Source: Candidatus Liptonbacteria bacterium
GTDB lineage: Bacteria > Patescibacteriota > Minisyncoccia > UBA6257 > 2-01-FULL-56-20
DNA: 64,000 nt
Assembly (NCBI GenBank): GCA_016204335.1
Contig: JACQKU010000011.1
Coordinates: forward strand, 541-64,540
Direction of reading: 5' to 3'
Under the pieces are notes generated by a model that was not told the origin of the DNA, searched no databases, and saw only the letters and a list, made by a program, of their open reading frames with translations. Positions 50,049 through 60,058 of the stretch are shown piece by piece; the first letter of the stretch is position 1, and each line of letters starts with the position of its first letter. A program made the position numbers and the translations under genes.

Positions 50049-53000
50049 CTACTGTACCAATCCCACGGCATTAATCGTGATTGTGGAAGTGGCCACGACC
50101 GTCCCGTTGTTGCTCGCCAAAGGATTGTAGGAATAAACATCGCCGCCGAATATGTCCGCCGCCAAGTTGCTTGAAGGATATGTCGCAGTCGGCGTTCCGG
50201 CGCAGGTTGAGTTCCCTGCCCATACTGCAACGCTCCCGCCGCCGGAATCGTAATCGACCGGCACTTGCCCCGAATAAGCGGAGATGTCCAACGTTGAAAG
50301 GGTTCCGCAAGAGATGACCGTGCCGGCGCTGTTCCGAACCGCCCACGAACCGCCTGCCGGCAAGCCGTTCAACGTAATAATCGGCGAGCTGTAAAACGCG
50401 AAATTGTCGTATGTCATAGTGACGCCGCCGGCGGCGGACGATGCCGCAAGCCCCAAAAATCCCGCTTCGGAAAGCGAGAAATCCGCGGTGGAAAGCGCCG
50501 CGCCGCCGTTGACCCACGACTGGAGCGATGTGCCGGAAATATAGCCGCGGAACTGGTAAAAAGTGTCCGCGGCAAATGTAAACGCCGAAGAGATAATCGT
50601 TCCGTATGAAGAGGAAATTGTCTTGCCGATTAATTCCGCGCCGTTTTGGAAATCGCCGCCCGCAATATGATATTTGTTCGCGCCGCTATCCGCGCGCAAA
50701 ACACCGCCGTTTTTTCCCGCGCTTGCTCCAACCGCGCTCGCTTTCATTTTAAACTCAATTACCCCGTTCGTCCGGTTCTGGCCTGCAACGTGAATCTGCG
50801 CCGAAGAACCGGAAGCGGGCGTCACCGCAAGCCGGCTCGCGGAAACGCTCCAGCTTCCCGAATCCGTCGTAAAGGCGCCGGAGGTTGTCGTGAAACCGTT
50901 GCACGTTCCGGAATCCGTGAAAGTATTGAACCCTGCGGGGTCCTTTGCCGAGGCCTTCCAGTAATACGTCGTGTTCTGGCTCAAGGCGTTTTGCGCCGTG
51001 TAAGTCCCCTGCGCGCCAGAAGCGTAGCAGTCGTTCGCGCTCACGCATGTCGCGTTCTGCCCCGACCAGCCGGTTTGCGATACGCTTTGGTCGTTTGTTT
51101 GAAAAACGGCGGTACACGCGGAATTCGAATAAATCGTCACTTTATATTGCAGATTATCCGAATTAATGTCTGTAGCCGTCATTTTAAAAACCGGCAAGAC
51201 GCTTAAGTTTTGCGAGTCGTTTGCTGGAGAGTCCTGTGAAGGCGGGTTCGGCGGGCTGCTTGCCGCGCTGGTCGTCACGCTGGAACTCGCGCTATACGGC
51301 CCGTCGCCGGAAGCGTTCGTGGCGCGTATGCGGTAGTAGTATGTCGTTCCGGGCGCAAGCCCGCTGTCGTTCGTGGAGGTGTTCGTTATGCCGGAGGCGA
51401 TCTGCGCGAAAACCTGGCTCGAAGTGGCTCTTTCGACTTTATACGAAGTTGCGCCTCCGGCAGGCGCGGCCCAGTTTACGGTAAGTGATACCGCGGAAAC
51501 ATTCTCATAGGCGGGAGTTCCCGGAGTTCCAGGCACGGTCATCCCGCTTCCCGCCGCGTTCAATGCCGTCTCAATCAAATCCTGGTTTCTCGATTTAACT
51601 TTGAACGCGTAGGTGGCGTTTGATTGAAGATTTTTTATTTGCAGAGTATCGAGCGTGGCATCCGACATCCAAACGGCCGCCGTGCTCGTAGCTCCGACAG
51701 ATGTCACCCAAAAACCCTGCCAGTTGGGGTCGCTCGGACTCGTCGATGAAGTGAAGACGGCGAACTGGGTTGTGGGAGAAGATGCCGGGTTGCCGTTCTC
51801 GGCGTTTGTGAAATTGAGAGTGGAAGTTGTTGTTAATGAAAAGGTTGCTGTTCCGGGAGTATTGGCAAGCGTGTAGATAGAACTCGAAGCGGAAGCGGTG
51901 CCGGTGTTTGGAGTTGGAGAGACGGAATCCCTCGCCTGAACTTGATAGGCGTAGCACTTGTTGGCTTGTAGATTGGAGTTTGTGTATGAGGTTGAAGTTT
52001 GCCAGTTTGATGACGCTCCTCCTGTGCCGCCGTTCGATGAACAAGTATTAAAAGTGAAAAGATAGTTTACGGGCGTAGTAGAATCGGAGCCGGTTGTGGC
52101 AGTCATGGAAATTGATGATGTGGATGCCGCGGCTGGAGCGGACGAAAAAGTCATCGGGTTCGGAGTTGGAGGAGATGCGTCTAGTGTCGTGAACGAAACC
52201 TCGCCGCCGTATGAATACCCCGCGCTGTTATGCGCGTATGCGCGGGTGTAGTAGGTGGTACTGCCGGTGAGTCCAGTCAGCCCTTTGGTGTATGCCCCTG
52301 CGCCGAAAGCTCCCGCGTCGCTCGCTGAACTCGCGTAGCCAGAGGAACCCGGCGCGACGTTGCCGGGCAAAGCACGCGAGGCGGTATCATAAACAAAACC
52401 TCTTGTATCAGCATTAGCCCCGCCTGTAGCCGTGATGTTGCCGTTGCCAGTCGCGGTTGTTGCGGTGATAGATGAAACGGCTTGGGTCGTGACGGTGGGA
52501 AGATTCGCCAACGTCGTGAACGAAACCTCGCCGCCGTATGAATACCCCGCGCTGTTATGCGCGTATGCGCGGGTGTAGTAGGTGGTTGCGGCATTCATGC
52601 TATTGAGTGTCGCCGTGAAGGCACCTGTCCCAAAATCACCGGCGGTGATAACAACGGACTCATATCCAGAGGAATACGTGGGGACGTTGCCAGGCAAAGC
52701 ATGCGATGTGGTGCTGTAGACAAAGCCGCGCGAATCCGCATTCGCTCCTCCTGTAGCCGTAATGTTACCGTTGCCGGTCGCGGTTGTTGCGGCGATGGAT
52801 GAGGCGGCTTGGGTGGTGACGGTCGGGACGGTGACGGAGACCGTGTAAGTGAGGACGACGCGCCCGGCGGCGCCGGCGCCACCATTAACAGCGAGAGCCG
52901 CGCCCCCGCCACCCCCACCGGGCGCATTTCCTGGCCCGGCGGCACCACCACCGCCAGTCCCACCGCCACCCCCGCCATTTCCTTCTCCTATGCCACCAGT

Positions 53001-53609
53001 ACCCGCCACGAAACTTGCTCCATTGCCACCATTACCTCCGTTTGCAGAACCAGTAGCAGACCCACCACCGCCACCGCCACGAGTACCAGAACCAGTGAAC
53101 CCCGCGCCACCATTACCACCGCTGAATTTTGTCGCTCCAATACCACTTGCAGCCGCACCACCCGTTCCGGGCTCTGCTACCCCACCGCCCTTCGCCAACA
53201 CTGTCGCCTCTCCTACAGCGCCTGGGCTAAACCAACTATCTCCACTTGGGGTACCAAGGACTACTCCACCCGCTCCCACGGTAAGACTATAATTCTGTCC
53301 TGGCGTCACGGTTACTGTTGCCTTAGAATATGCGCCACCGCCAGCCCCGGTACCACCGGCGCCCGACACGCCACCCGCGCCGCCGCCGCCCCATGCCTCA
53401 ACCGTTACACTCGTAACGCCCGCCGGGGCCGTCCAGGTGACAGAGGAATTGAAAGTTTCAACGATTGCATGGGCGTCAGGCACTCCGTAAAAAATGCCTC
53501 CGTATACAAAAAAGAGTAAGACAAGAGCGCGGAAAAGATTAAATTTACAACGGCGAAATTTTTTCAAGATAAATTGACTTAATAATTTTTTTAAAAAATC
53601 ACTGGGCAT
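50049..53609 (-). CDS. Large secreted Gly-rich / fibronectin type III surface protein (adhesin-like)
   Basis: Signal peptide, WTAPAGVTSVTVEAWGGGG Gly-rich domain, several FN3 repeats (TYYTRAYA, TYYYRIRA) and a C-terminal beta domain. Confidence 0.85.
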   Translation of the reverse strand: MPSDFLKKLLSQFILKKFRRCKFNLFRALVLLFFVYGGIFYGVPDAHAIVETFNSSVTWTAPAGVTSVTVEAWGGGGAGGVSGAGGTGAGGGAYSKATVTVTPGQNYSLTVGAGGVVLGTPSGDSWFSPGAVGEATVLAKGGGVAEPGTGGAAASGIGATKFSGGNGGAGFTGSGTRGGGGGGSATGSANGGNGGNGASFVAGTGGIGEGNGGGGGGTGGGGAAGPGNAPGGGGGGAALAVNGGAGAAGRVVLTYTVSVTVPTVTTQAASSIAATTATGNGNITATGGANADSRGFVYSTTSHALPGNVPTYSSGYESVVITAGDFGTGAFTATLNSMNAATTYYTRAYAHNSAGYSYGGEVSFTTLANLPTVTTQAVSSITATTATGNGNITATGGANADTRGFVYDTASRALPGNVAPGSSGYASSASDAGAFGAGAYTKGLTGLTGSTTYYTRAYAHNSAGYSYGGEVSFTTLDASPPTPNPMTFSSAPAAASTSSISMTATTGSDSTTPVNYLFTFNTCSSNGGTGGASSNWQTSTSYTNSNLQANKCYAYQVQARDSVSPTPNTGTASASSSIYTLANTPGTATFSLTTTSTLNFTNAENGNPASSPTTQFAVFTSSTSPSDPNWQGFWVTSVGATSTAAVWMSDATLDTLQIKNLQSNATYAFKVKSRNQDLIETALNAAGSGMTVPGTPGTPAYENVSAVSLTVNWAAPAGGATSYKVERATSSQVFAQIASGITNTSTNDSGLAPGTTYYYRIRATNASGDGPYSASSSVTTSAASSPPNPPSQDSPANDSQNLSVLPVFKMTATDINSDNLQYKVTIYSNSACTAVFQTNDQSVSQTGWSGQNATCVSANDCYASGAQGTYTAQNALSQNTTYYWKASAKDPAGFNTFTDSGTCNGFTTTSGAFTTDSGSWSVSASRLAVTPASGSSAQIHVAGQNRTNGVIEFKMKASAVGASAGKNGGVLRADSGANKYHIAGGDFQNGAELIGKTISSSYGTIISSAFTFAADTFYQFRGYISGTSLQSWVNGGAALSTADFSLSEAGFLGLAASSAAGGVTMTYDNFAFYSSPIITLNGLPAGGSWAVRNSAGTVISCGTLSTLDISAYSGQVPVDYDSGGGSVAVWAGNSTCAGTPTATYPSSNLAADIFGGDVYSYNPLASNNGTVVATSTITINAVGLVQ

Positions 53610-53644
53610 AATTTATTGTCTGAACACCGAAAAGGAAAAAGAAA

Positions 53645-54097
53645 CTATTTTCCGACCTGGAAGTTTAATTCAAGGGTTTCGTTGGGGCCCACGTAAACGC
53701 GCTGGGGCAGATTTTTGCTTGACCCGTAACCCTTCGCCAAATCAAGAACGTATTCGCCGGCAGTCACCGCGAATTTATACGAACCGTCGGCGTCCAAAAA
53801 TACGCTTTTCAGCTCTTTATTGTTATTGGGGTCGTAGATAGCCGCTTTAACGAGCTTGAAATCGATTGTTGAACCGGGCGCAATTCTTGCTCTTCCGCCT
53901 ATAAAACCGGGGGAAGCCGAAACTTTGCCCGCGGTAGTGCTCACCGGCGGAAGAACAGTCGTTACGCCGGGATTATTTATGCCCGGACTCTCCACGACGC
54001 TTGTCGGCTGAATGCCCGCGGAAGAACGGAAGAATAAATACCAAACGGCGCCTGCCGCGACAATAACCGGAATAAAAATCAACAGAAATTTCTTCAT
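53645..54097 (-). CDS. Membrane-anchored hypothetical protein (carboxypeptidase-regulatory-like Ig fold)
   Basis: N-terminal TM helix; DADGSYKF..AGEYVL. Confidence 0.7.
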   Translation of the reverse strand: MKKFLLIFIPVIVAAGAVWYLFFRSSAGIQPTSVVESPGINNPGVTTVLPPVSTTAGKVSASPGFIGGRARIAPGSTIDFKLVKAAIYDPNNNKELKSVFLDADGSYKFAVTAGEYVLDLAKGYGSSKNLPQRVYVGPNETLELNFQVGK

Positions 54098-54346
54098 CCC
54101 GTTAGAAGCCCGCCTAAATGAAAGAATTCATTCTTTCGGGCAGGCAAATCGCAATTGGCGCGGGTCTGCGGGTTTATTTTATGATAGGAATTATACATTG
54201 ATAAAAATTATTATTTAACTAACAAGGCGAACGCGCCTGCCTGTCGGCAGACAGGGCTTCCAACGGGGCCGGAAAATGAACCTGTTTTGCTTAAATTAAT
54301 AATAACGGAATAAATAAAGTAAACAAAGTTAATTATCCGCGCCTTT

Positions 54347-54838
54347 CTATAGGGACTGGCGATTGAAATCATCAAAGAAAATTTTGCCGCTTGAGGCGCG
54401 GCTGACATTCGCCTCCAATGCAGGACCAACGGTGCTGAAAAGCTGCAATGTCACCGATGTTGATGCTGAAGGAATTCCCGAGATTTGAGCGAATGTGACA
54501 TCGAGCGTGCCGCTTGCGGAGAAATTCGCGGTCGCGTAGCGAACGTTAACGGGCAAGGAGTAATATCCCACGGTGTTTGAAGAATTGTAAGCGGTCTTAA
54601 ACAAGGCGTAGAAAGCGGGAATTGCGACGTTGTCAAAATGAACGCCCCAGACGGTCCCGCTGTCCTGCGCAACCGAGCGGCTTCTTGCTTCGCGAAGCAA
54701 TGCAACTATGTTTTGAGTGGCGCCGTTCAAATCATTCTGCCTTCTTGCGCCGAACAGACTCAGAAAAGTGACGGACGCCAAAATTGCGGTTATGCCGACA
54801 ACAACGAGAAGTTCCATCAATGTCGTTCCTTTTTTCAT
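54347..54838 (-). CDS. Prepilin-type minor pilin (FimT/GspH-like)
   Basis: KGTTLMELLVV and LREARSRS. Confidence 0.85.
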   Translation of the reverse strand: MKKGTTLMELLVVVGITAILASVTFLSLFGARRQNDLNGATQNIVALLREARSRSVAQDSGTVWGVHFDNVAIPAFYALFKTAYNSSNTVGYYSLPVNVRYATANFSASGTLDVTFAQISGIPSASTSVTLQLFSTVGPALEANVSRASSGKIFFDDFNRQSL

Positions 54839-54843
54839 TTTTG

Positions 54844-54932
54844 AAATTGGTTGTTAGAAAATAGAAATTGGAAATTTGAATTTGGTCAACTATTTTCTAT
54901 TACTATTTTCCAATTTCCAATAACTACTTTCC
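54844..54932. repeat. Heptamer inverted-repeat element (second copy of the 43246 family)
   Basis: Shares both arms with 43246-43354. Confidence 0.85.
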
Positions 54933-54935
54933 ACT

Positions 54936-56132
54936 TTAGAATTGACCGGTCAGCTGATAAATCGGCACGATGATGGCAAGCGCGATTACCGCGACCAATA
55001 TACCCATAATGAGAAGGAGGACCGGTTCGAGAAACGAAAGCAAGGAATGTATGCTGGATTCCACGCTTGACTGGTAAAAATCAGCGAGCGTGGAAAGAAC
55101 CTCCTCAAGATGTCCCGCTTTTTCGGAAATGGCGACTAAATTCGTGACGACTTTCGGAAATGCCTCTTCGCGGCGAAACGCCTCTCCGATTGTAAGGCCT
55201 TTTGCCAGGCCTTCGTTCGCGACCCTCATCAAGCTCGTCCGGAATTTTTCCGAACCGACGACTTCCGCGGTAATGGTTGCCACATGAATAATCGGCAGGC
55301 CGGCCGCCATCAGCGCGCTGAATGTGGAAGCAAATCGTTGAATCGCTATGTCCCGGTAAATTTTTCTGACGAGAGGCAAACGGGAAAGCATCTGGCTCAT
55401 AACCCGCCGCCCCGTGGCATTTTTCCAAAAAAAGTAAGTCGCAAACCCGACAACTGAAATCAGAATGGAGGCCAGAACGACAATATTGTCTCCTATAAAA
55501 AGACCGGCGGTGAACACGACTCTTGAAAAAAGCGGCGGCTTTATGTCGGTTTGCAGAAAAGCGGTGGCGATTTTCGGCAGCGCGAACGTAACCAGAAAAC
55601 CGATGATGACAACCGACATCGCCGAAAGAATAATCGGATAGACCAGCGCCGAGCGAATCTTACCTTTTAACTCGGCTTCCCGCTGGAGCGAAACGCTTAA
55701 GTCCTCGAATGTTTGCTGGAGATTGCCGGACGTCTCGGACGCCTTCACCAGATTGATAAACACGACTGAAAATACTTTGGGATGCTCCGCAAAGGTCTGA
55801 TAAAACGGCCTGCCTCTTGTAAGATTTTCCCGTATCTCGAGAAGAAAGGTCTTCATTGCCGGCTTGTCGAAATCGGCTATCAGGATATTGACGGCGGACA
55901 AAAGGTCGGTCCCCACCTTAAGCATCAGAGACAAATACTTGGTCAGGAAAATTTTATCGGTTGTGTTGATGTCTTTGGAGAACCTGCTGCGGGACGTACG
56001 CAGGGGTTTTACCGAAAGCGGACGCATCCCTTTTGCCACGAGGTACTGAAGCGCCTGATTCAGATTGTCAGCCTCCAGCTGGTCTTCCGTGATTTTTCCG
56101 TTTTTGTCGGACGCGGAGTAGTGGTACAACAT
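54936..56132 (-). CDS. pilC: Type IV pilus platform protein (T2SS F family)
   Basis: ETSGNL, SALVYP, EKAGHL, EP and IIVPIY. Confidence 0.92.
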   Translation of the reverse strand: MLYHYSASDKNGKITEDQLEADNLNQALQYLVAKGMRPLSVKPLRTSRSRFSKDINTTDKIFLTKYLSLMLKVGTDLLSAVNILIADFDKPAMKTFLLEIRENLTRGRPFYQTFAEHPKVFSVVFINLVKASETSGNLQQTFEDLSVSLQREAELKGKIRSALVYPIILSAMSVVIIGFLVTFALPKIATAFLQTDIKPPLFSRVVFTAGLFIGDNIVVLASILISVVGFATYFFWKNATGRRVMSQMLSRLPLVRKIYRDIAIQRFASTFSALMAAGLPIIHVATITAEVVGSEKFRTSLMRVANEGLAKGLTIGEAFRREEAFPKVVTNLVAISEKAGHLEEVLSTLADFYQSSVESSIHSLLSFLEPVLLLIMGILVAVIALAIIVPIYQLTGQF

Positions 56133-56139
56133 AAATTTA

Positions 56140-56252
56140 AAAATCAAATATCAAAAATAAAAATGACAAATCAAAATGTAAAGAATTAATTTTACCGTTT
56201 AAGCTTTTTGCATTCCGCTCTTTCATTTTGCATTTTGATTTTTACAGTTTGA
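56140..56252. repeat. ~112-bp AT-rich inverted-repeat element, close copy of 62685-62797
   Basis: AAAATCAAATATCAAAAATAAAAATGACAAATCAAAATGTAAA...TTTGATTTTTACAGTTTGA. Confidence 0.9.
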
Positions 56253-56253
56253 A

Positions 56254-57966
56254 TTATTCACGTATCACCCTCAACACTTCTTCGATTGTAGTTTGACCGA
56301 GCTGAATCTTATCAAGCCCGTCTTCAAACATTGTCTTAAATCCGTCGGCTCTTGCTTCCCGGCGAACGGTTTCCGGACTGAATCGGGGCTCGATGATGGT
56401 CTTTTTAATATTATCGGTTATTTCCAATGCCTCAAAAATTCCCAGCCGGCCCCGATAACCCGTTTCATTGCATACGCCGCACCCCTTTCCCTTAAATAAA
56501 ACCTTGGGAATTTCCGCCTCGGTTTTCACTCCTATTTCTTGAAGCTGTTTGGCGATGAGTTCTTTTATGGCCGGGGTTATATCATACGAATATACGCAAC
56601 TCTCGCAGATTCTTCTCACCAAACGCTGAGCCAGAATAAGATTCAAAGTGGCTGCGGCCAGGAATGGTGGAATTCCCAGGTCGAAAAGCCGGGGAATCGC
56701 CGTAGGCGCGTCGTTCGTATGCAGAGAAGAAAGAATCAGGTGTCCGGTGAGCGCCGCCTCAACCGCTATGCCGGCCGTTTCGCTGTCTCTTATTTCGCCG
56801 ACCATGATGATATTCGGGTCCTGTCGAAGCAGAGACCGAAGTCCGGCCGCAAACGTGATGCCTGCCTCCGAATTAATCTGGGTCTGATTCACATAGCGGA
56901 TATTATATTCAATGGGGTCTTCAACGGTCACCACATTCACGGTCGGTTTATTCAGCATATTCATCATCGTATAAAGCGTAGTCGTTTTGCCGGAACCTGT
57001 CGGACCGCACGACAAAATCATCCCGTACGCCTTTTTCAGATTCTCGGAAACAATCTTTGCGTTCGTTCCGGATATGCCCAATTCCTCGAATGACAGCGGT
57101 CTCTCGGCTGACGCAAGAAGCCTCATTTCCATTTTCTCTCCGTAGAAAGTCGGAATGGACGATACCCTGATATCGACAAGCTGACTCGCAATCTGGTGGC
57201 GAAATCTTCCGTCTTGCGGTTTGCGATGTTCATCGAGCTTAAGGCCGGCAAGAATTTTTATTCTCGCCACCAGTATCGGATGAACCTCTTTGGGAATTTT
57301 TAAAATTTCGGAGAGTATGCCGTCGATTCGATATCGGACAAGCATATTTTCCTGTAAAATTTCGAAATGAATATCGGAAGCGCGGAGAGAAAGCGCGTAC
57401 GACAAAATATTATCCACAATCGCCGCAATCGGCAGCTGGGTTGCCGCTTCTTCAATAGTTTTCGTCCGGCTTCGCAGCGATTCCTGAATGTTTTCTTCGA
57501 TGACTTTTTTAAAATTCTGGGTGAACTCGAGTCCGTACAGGGAAAAAACGCGGTTTAAGTCCTCGGGTTTCGCGAGATACGGCTTGATTTTTTTCTTCAA
57601 ACGTTCCGTTAAAAACTCTATGGTTTCAAGGTCGCTGGGATTTGCCATCGCCACGTCAAGCGCGCCGTCTGGTTCCTGCCCGAATACGACGGCGAGACGC
57701 TGGCGCGCGATATCTTCCGGAAGCATCCTGACTGCCGTTTCGTCGATTTTTTGGGACGACAGGTCGGCGAGTCCAACGCCAAGAGAGGAAGCAAAAAAGT
57801 CATTGAGGTAGTCCTCCGCGACGATTCTTTCGGAAATCAAAACGTCAAGTATATTCCCATCCCTTCGCTCGGCTTCGGCGACCAGCGCGTCGAACCGCTC
57901 GGACGAAATAAGATTCTCTTGAATCAATTTATTTTTTAGGAGAGGGAGCGGTATGGGAAGATGCAT
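56254..57966 (-). CDS. pilB: Type IV pilus assembly ATPase (GspE/PilB)
   Basis: ASDIH, PQDGR, GPTGSGKTT, EDPIEY, RQDPNIIMVGEIRD and the tetra-Cys motif. Confidence 0.95.
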   Translation of the reverse strand: MHLPIPLPLLKNKLIQENLISSERFDALVAEAERRDGNILDVLISERIVAEDYLNDFFASSLGVGLADLSSQKIDETAVRMLPEDIARQRLAVVFGQEPDGALDVAMANPSDLETIEFLTERLKKKIKPYLAKPEDLNRVFSLYGLEFTQNFKKVIEENIQESLRSRTKTIEEAATQLPIAAIVDNILSYALSLRASDIHFEILQENMLVRYRIDGILSEILKIPKEVHPILVARIKILAGLKLDEHRKPQDGRFRHQIASQLVDIRVSSIPTFYGEKMEMRLLASAERPLSFEELGISGTNAKIVSENLKKAYGMILSCGPTGSGKTTTLYTMMNMLNKPTVNVVTVEDPIEYNIRYVNQTQINSEAGITFAAGLRSLLRQDPNIIMVGEIRDSETAGIAVEAALTGHLILSSLHTNDAPTAIPRLFDLGIPPFLAAATLNLILAQRLVRRICESCVYSYDITPAIKELIAKQLQEIGVKTEAEIPKVLFKGKGCGVCNETGYRGRLGIFEALEITDNIKKTIIEPRFSPETVRREARADGFKTMFEDGLDKIQLGQTTIEEVLRVIRE

Positions 57967-57975
57967 ATCTTTATG

Positions 57976-58140
57976 AATCTCTAAACTCTAATCTCTAAAT
58001 CTTAAACAATATCTCCGCCAGAGGCGGATCAGCCTCGGGCTGAAAAACCCAAATCTCAAAAATGTTTTTTAACTTTGAGATTGTTTAGAGATTGGGGTTT
58101 CGAGATTGGAGATTGGCGCTAAGTTAGGGATTAGAGATTT
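57976..58140. repeat. Heptamer inverted-repeat element with a nested GC-rich hairpin (58012-58043)
   Basis: AATCTCTAAACTCTAATCTCTAAA... / ...TTTAGAGATT..TTAGAGATT arms; inner TCCGCCAGAGGCGGATCAGCCTCGGGCTGA. Confidence 0.85.
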
Positions 58141-58189
58141 CAAAGCAAGTATAGCAAAAATAGCCGCGCATAACCATATACGAAACGAA

Positions 58190-58226
58190 TGAAAAGAAAG
58201 AAGGAGCGCTACACATGCGCTCCTTC
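58190..58226 (-). terminator. Intrinsic terminator after the major pilin
   Basis: GAAGGAGCGC..GCGCTCCTTC stem followed by a U-rich tract on the minus strand. Confidence 0.7.
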
Positions 58227-58272
58227 ATTCAAAACAGGATAATTAAAATCAGGTCTGTTTTTTCAACCGCAT

Positions 58273-58869
58273 TTACAAGTCGAGTTTCGTCCCAGTCTCG
58301 TAGATGGTGGCGTTGTTGCCGCCGTCAGTTGATTCAATGTCGGAAGAGCCACTTGTATACTTGGTGCTTTCCATATTGGCGTTAATCTCAAACTGGTAGT
58401 TCGGCGCCGCGTTTGTGGCATAGCTGTAGAAGTAAGTGGCGTTATTCGAAGGGTCTACGGGCTCGGCGCCAATCGGGGAGCCTGCGCTGATACTGCCAAA
58501 GTTAATCGGCATCCAGCCACCGCCGGCGATTCCGGTTGCAAGGGCGGCCGTGGTCGTCACAGTACCCAATGTCGCCGTCATCCTGCCGCCACAGCCCGCG
58601 CCACCCGGCGTTAGGACCGCTGAACCGTAGCAAGTGCTCGAAGCCCCGATAGCATTGCCGGCCGGAGCGGCGGCATCCGCCAATAAAAGCGATATCGCGC
58701 TTTTGATAGTCGCCATATCGGATATTCTGCTTGAATCGCGCGCCTGGGCAAGAAGCTGAGCGGGGTTAAGGGTTAAAATGACGACAACCGCCAAAACCGC
58801 GATAATCGCAATCACCACCAAAAGCTCTATCAGTGTAAATCCTTTTTGTTCTATGTTGTTTTTACTCAT
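58273..58869 (-). CDS. Type IV major pilin
   Basis: KGFTLIELLVVIAIIAVL..LNP..ARDSSRISD. Confidence 0.92.
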   Translation of the reverse strand: MSKNNIEQKGFTLIELLVVIAIIAVLAVVVILTLNPAQLLAQARDSSRISDMATIKSAISLLLADAAAPAGNAIGASSTCYGSAVLTPGGAGCGGRMTATLGTVTTTAALATGIAGGGWMPINFGSISAGSPIGAEPVDPSNNATYFYSYATNAAPNYQFEINANMESTKYTSGSSDIESTDGGNNATIYETGTKLDL

Positions 58870-58871
58870 TT

Positions 58872-58936
58872 TTTTATGGTTTATGACCTTTTATTTATGG
58901 TTTAGGACCTTTATTTTTTATGGTTTATGACCTTTA
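58872..58936. repeat. Triple ~22-bp tandem repeat immediately upstream of the pilin ATG
   Basis: TTTATGGTTTA(T/G)GACCTTT x3. Confidence 0.85.
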
Positions 58937-59020
58937 TTCGCGTTCGTAAATTTCTCACAGATTCAATTGAGAAGATTATATCATATTAAAAAAGAGGTTG
59001 GTTGTGGATAACTCCGCTTC

Positions 59021-59185
59021 GGTTTTCGTTTTGCCAGGCGCGGCCTCTGCCTCCCTGCAGGCAGGCAGAGCTCCGGCGGCGAGGCGGCCTGTATCCCTGC
59101 CTGCCGGCAGGCAGGTCGGCGAGCAAATCGCCTGCGGCGATATCAAGCTTGCTCCCCTCCGATAACGCCCGGCAAAACGAAAACC
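59021..59185. repeat. 20-bp inverted repeat enclosing nested CCTGCC palindromes
   Basis: GGTTTTCGTTTTGCCAGGCG / CGCCCGGCAAAACGAAAACC; inner CCTGCCTGCCGGCAGGCAGG. Confidence 0.85.
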
Positions 59186-59234
59186 TGCGCTATTGGCGGA
59201 CAAACTTCTGAGCTTACAAGATAATTATATATTG

Positions 59235-60002
59235 TTACACAAAATCGTCAGGCGGTTCAACTTCGAGCTTAAAGCGCCGGCCTTCTTCGGTGGAAAACTC
59301 CAAAGAACCGGCATGGAGCATCAGGCGTTTGGCAAAGGCAGGCCTGCCCGCCGAAGCATTTGTGAAGGCGGGCTGGTTTTTGGAACCATAGAGCATGTCT
59401 CCGACAACAGGATGTCCGATGGACGCGAGATGCACCCTGATTTGATGTGTTCGTCCGGTTTCAGGAAAAACTTCGAGAAGAGAAAAAATTTCTCCGTCCG
59501 TGTCTTTCAAGGTTTTTTTCACGGCATACCGCGTAATCGCCTGTTTTGCCGTTTTCCCTGAAAACGTGGTTCTTTTCACGGAATTTTTCTTCCTTCTGAT
59601 TTCCTTGTCAATCACGCCGGTTTTTTCTTTAAATTCTCCGTGAACGAGTGCGATGTAGGTTTTTTTAATCTGCCGCTTTTTAAAAAGCGACTTCAGATAT
59701 TCGAAGGAATTCTGGTTTTTTGCGGCAAGCAGAATTCCGGAGGTTTCTCTGTCCAGCCGATGGACAATGCCGGGTCGAATTTCCGGTTCATCGCCGACGT
59801 TCTTCATCTCCGGATATTTTTTCAAAAGCCAGTCGGTCAAAATCGCGGACTCACGCGGACTAGGCGCGGAACTGCGCTGAAAATTGTCTGCGTCTGTCTG
59901 CGTTCTGTCTGCGTTTGTCCGCGCCGGATGCGTCAGCATTCCCGCTGGCTTATAAACCGCAGCGAAGTTTTCATCCTCATAAATAATCTTCGGTTCTTCC
60001 AT
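59235..60002 (-). CDS. RluA-family pseudouridine synthase
   Basis: KPAGMLTHP, HRLDRETSG, TGRTHQIRVH and GDMLYG; two element-derived insertions. Confidence 0.95.
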   Translation of the reverse strand: MEEPKIIYEDENFAAVYKPAGMLTHPARTNADRTQTDADNFQRSSAPSPRESAILTDWLLKKYPEMKNVGDEPEIRPGIVHRLDRETSGILLAAKNQNSFEYLKSLFKKRQIKKTYIALVHGEFKEKTGVIDKEIRRKKNSVKRTTFSGKTAKQAITRYAVKKTLKDTDGEIFSLLEVFPETGRTHQIRVHLASIGHPVVGDMLYGSKNQPAFTNASAGRPAFAKRLMLHAGSLEFSTEEGRRFKLEVEPPDDFV

Positions 60003-60058
60003 AATAACTGCTTTATCGGCGCGTATCCGCGTTTCATCAGCGTTAATCCGCGTATTGT

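Noticed and set aside
59003-59011. Perfect DnaA box (TGTGGATAA) as a sign of oriC
   Set aside because: A single intergenic box (another lies inside pilB), with no cluster and no dnaA or dnaN nearby.
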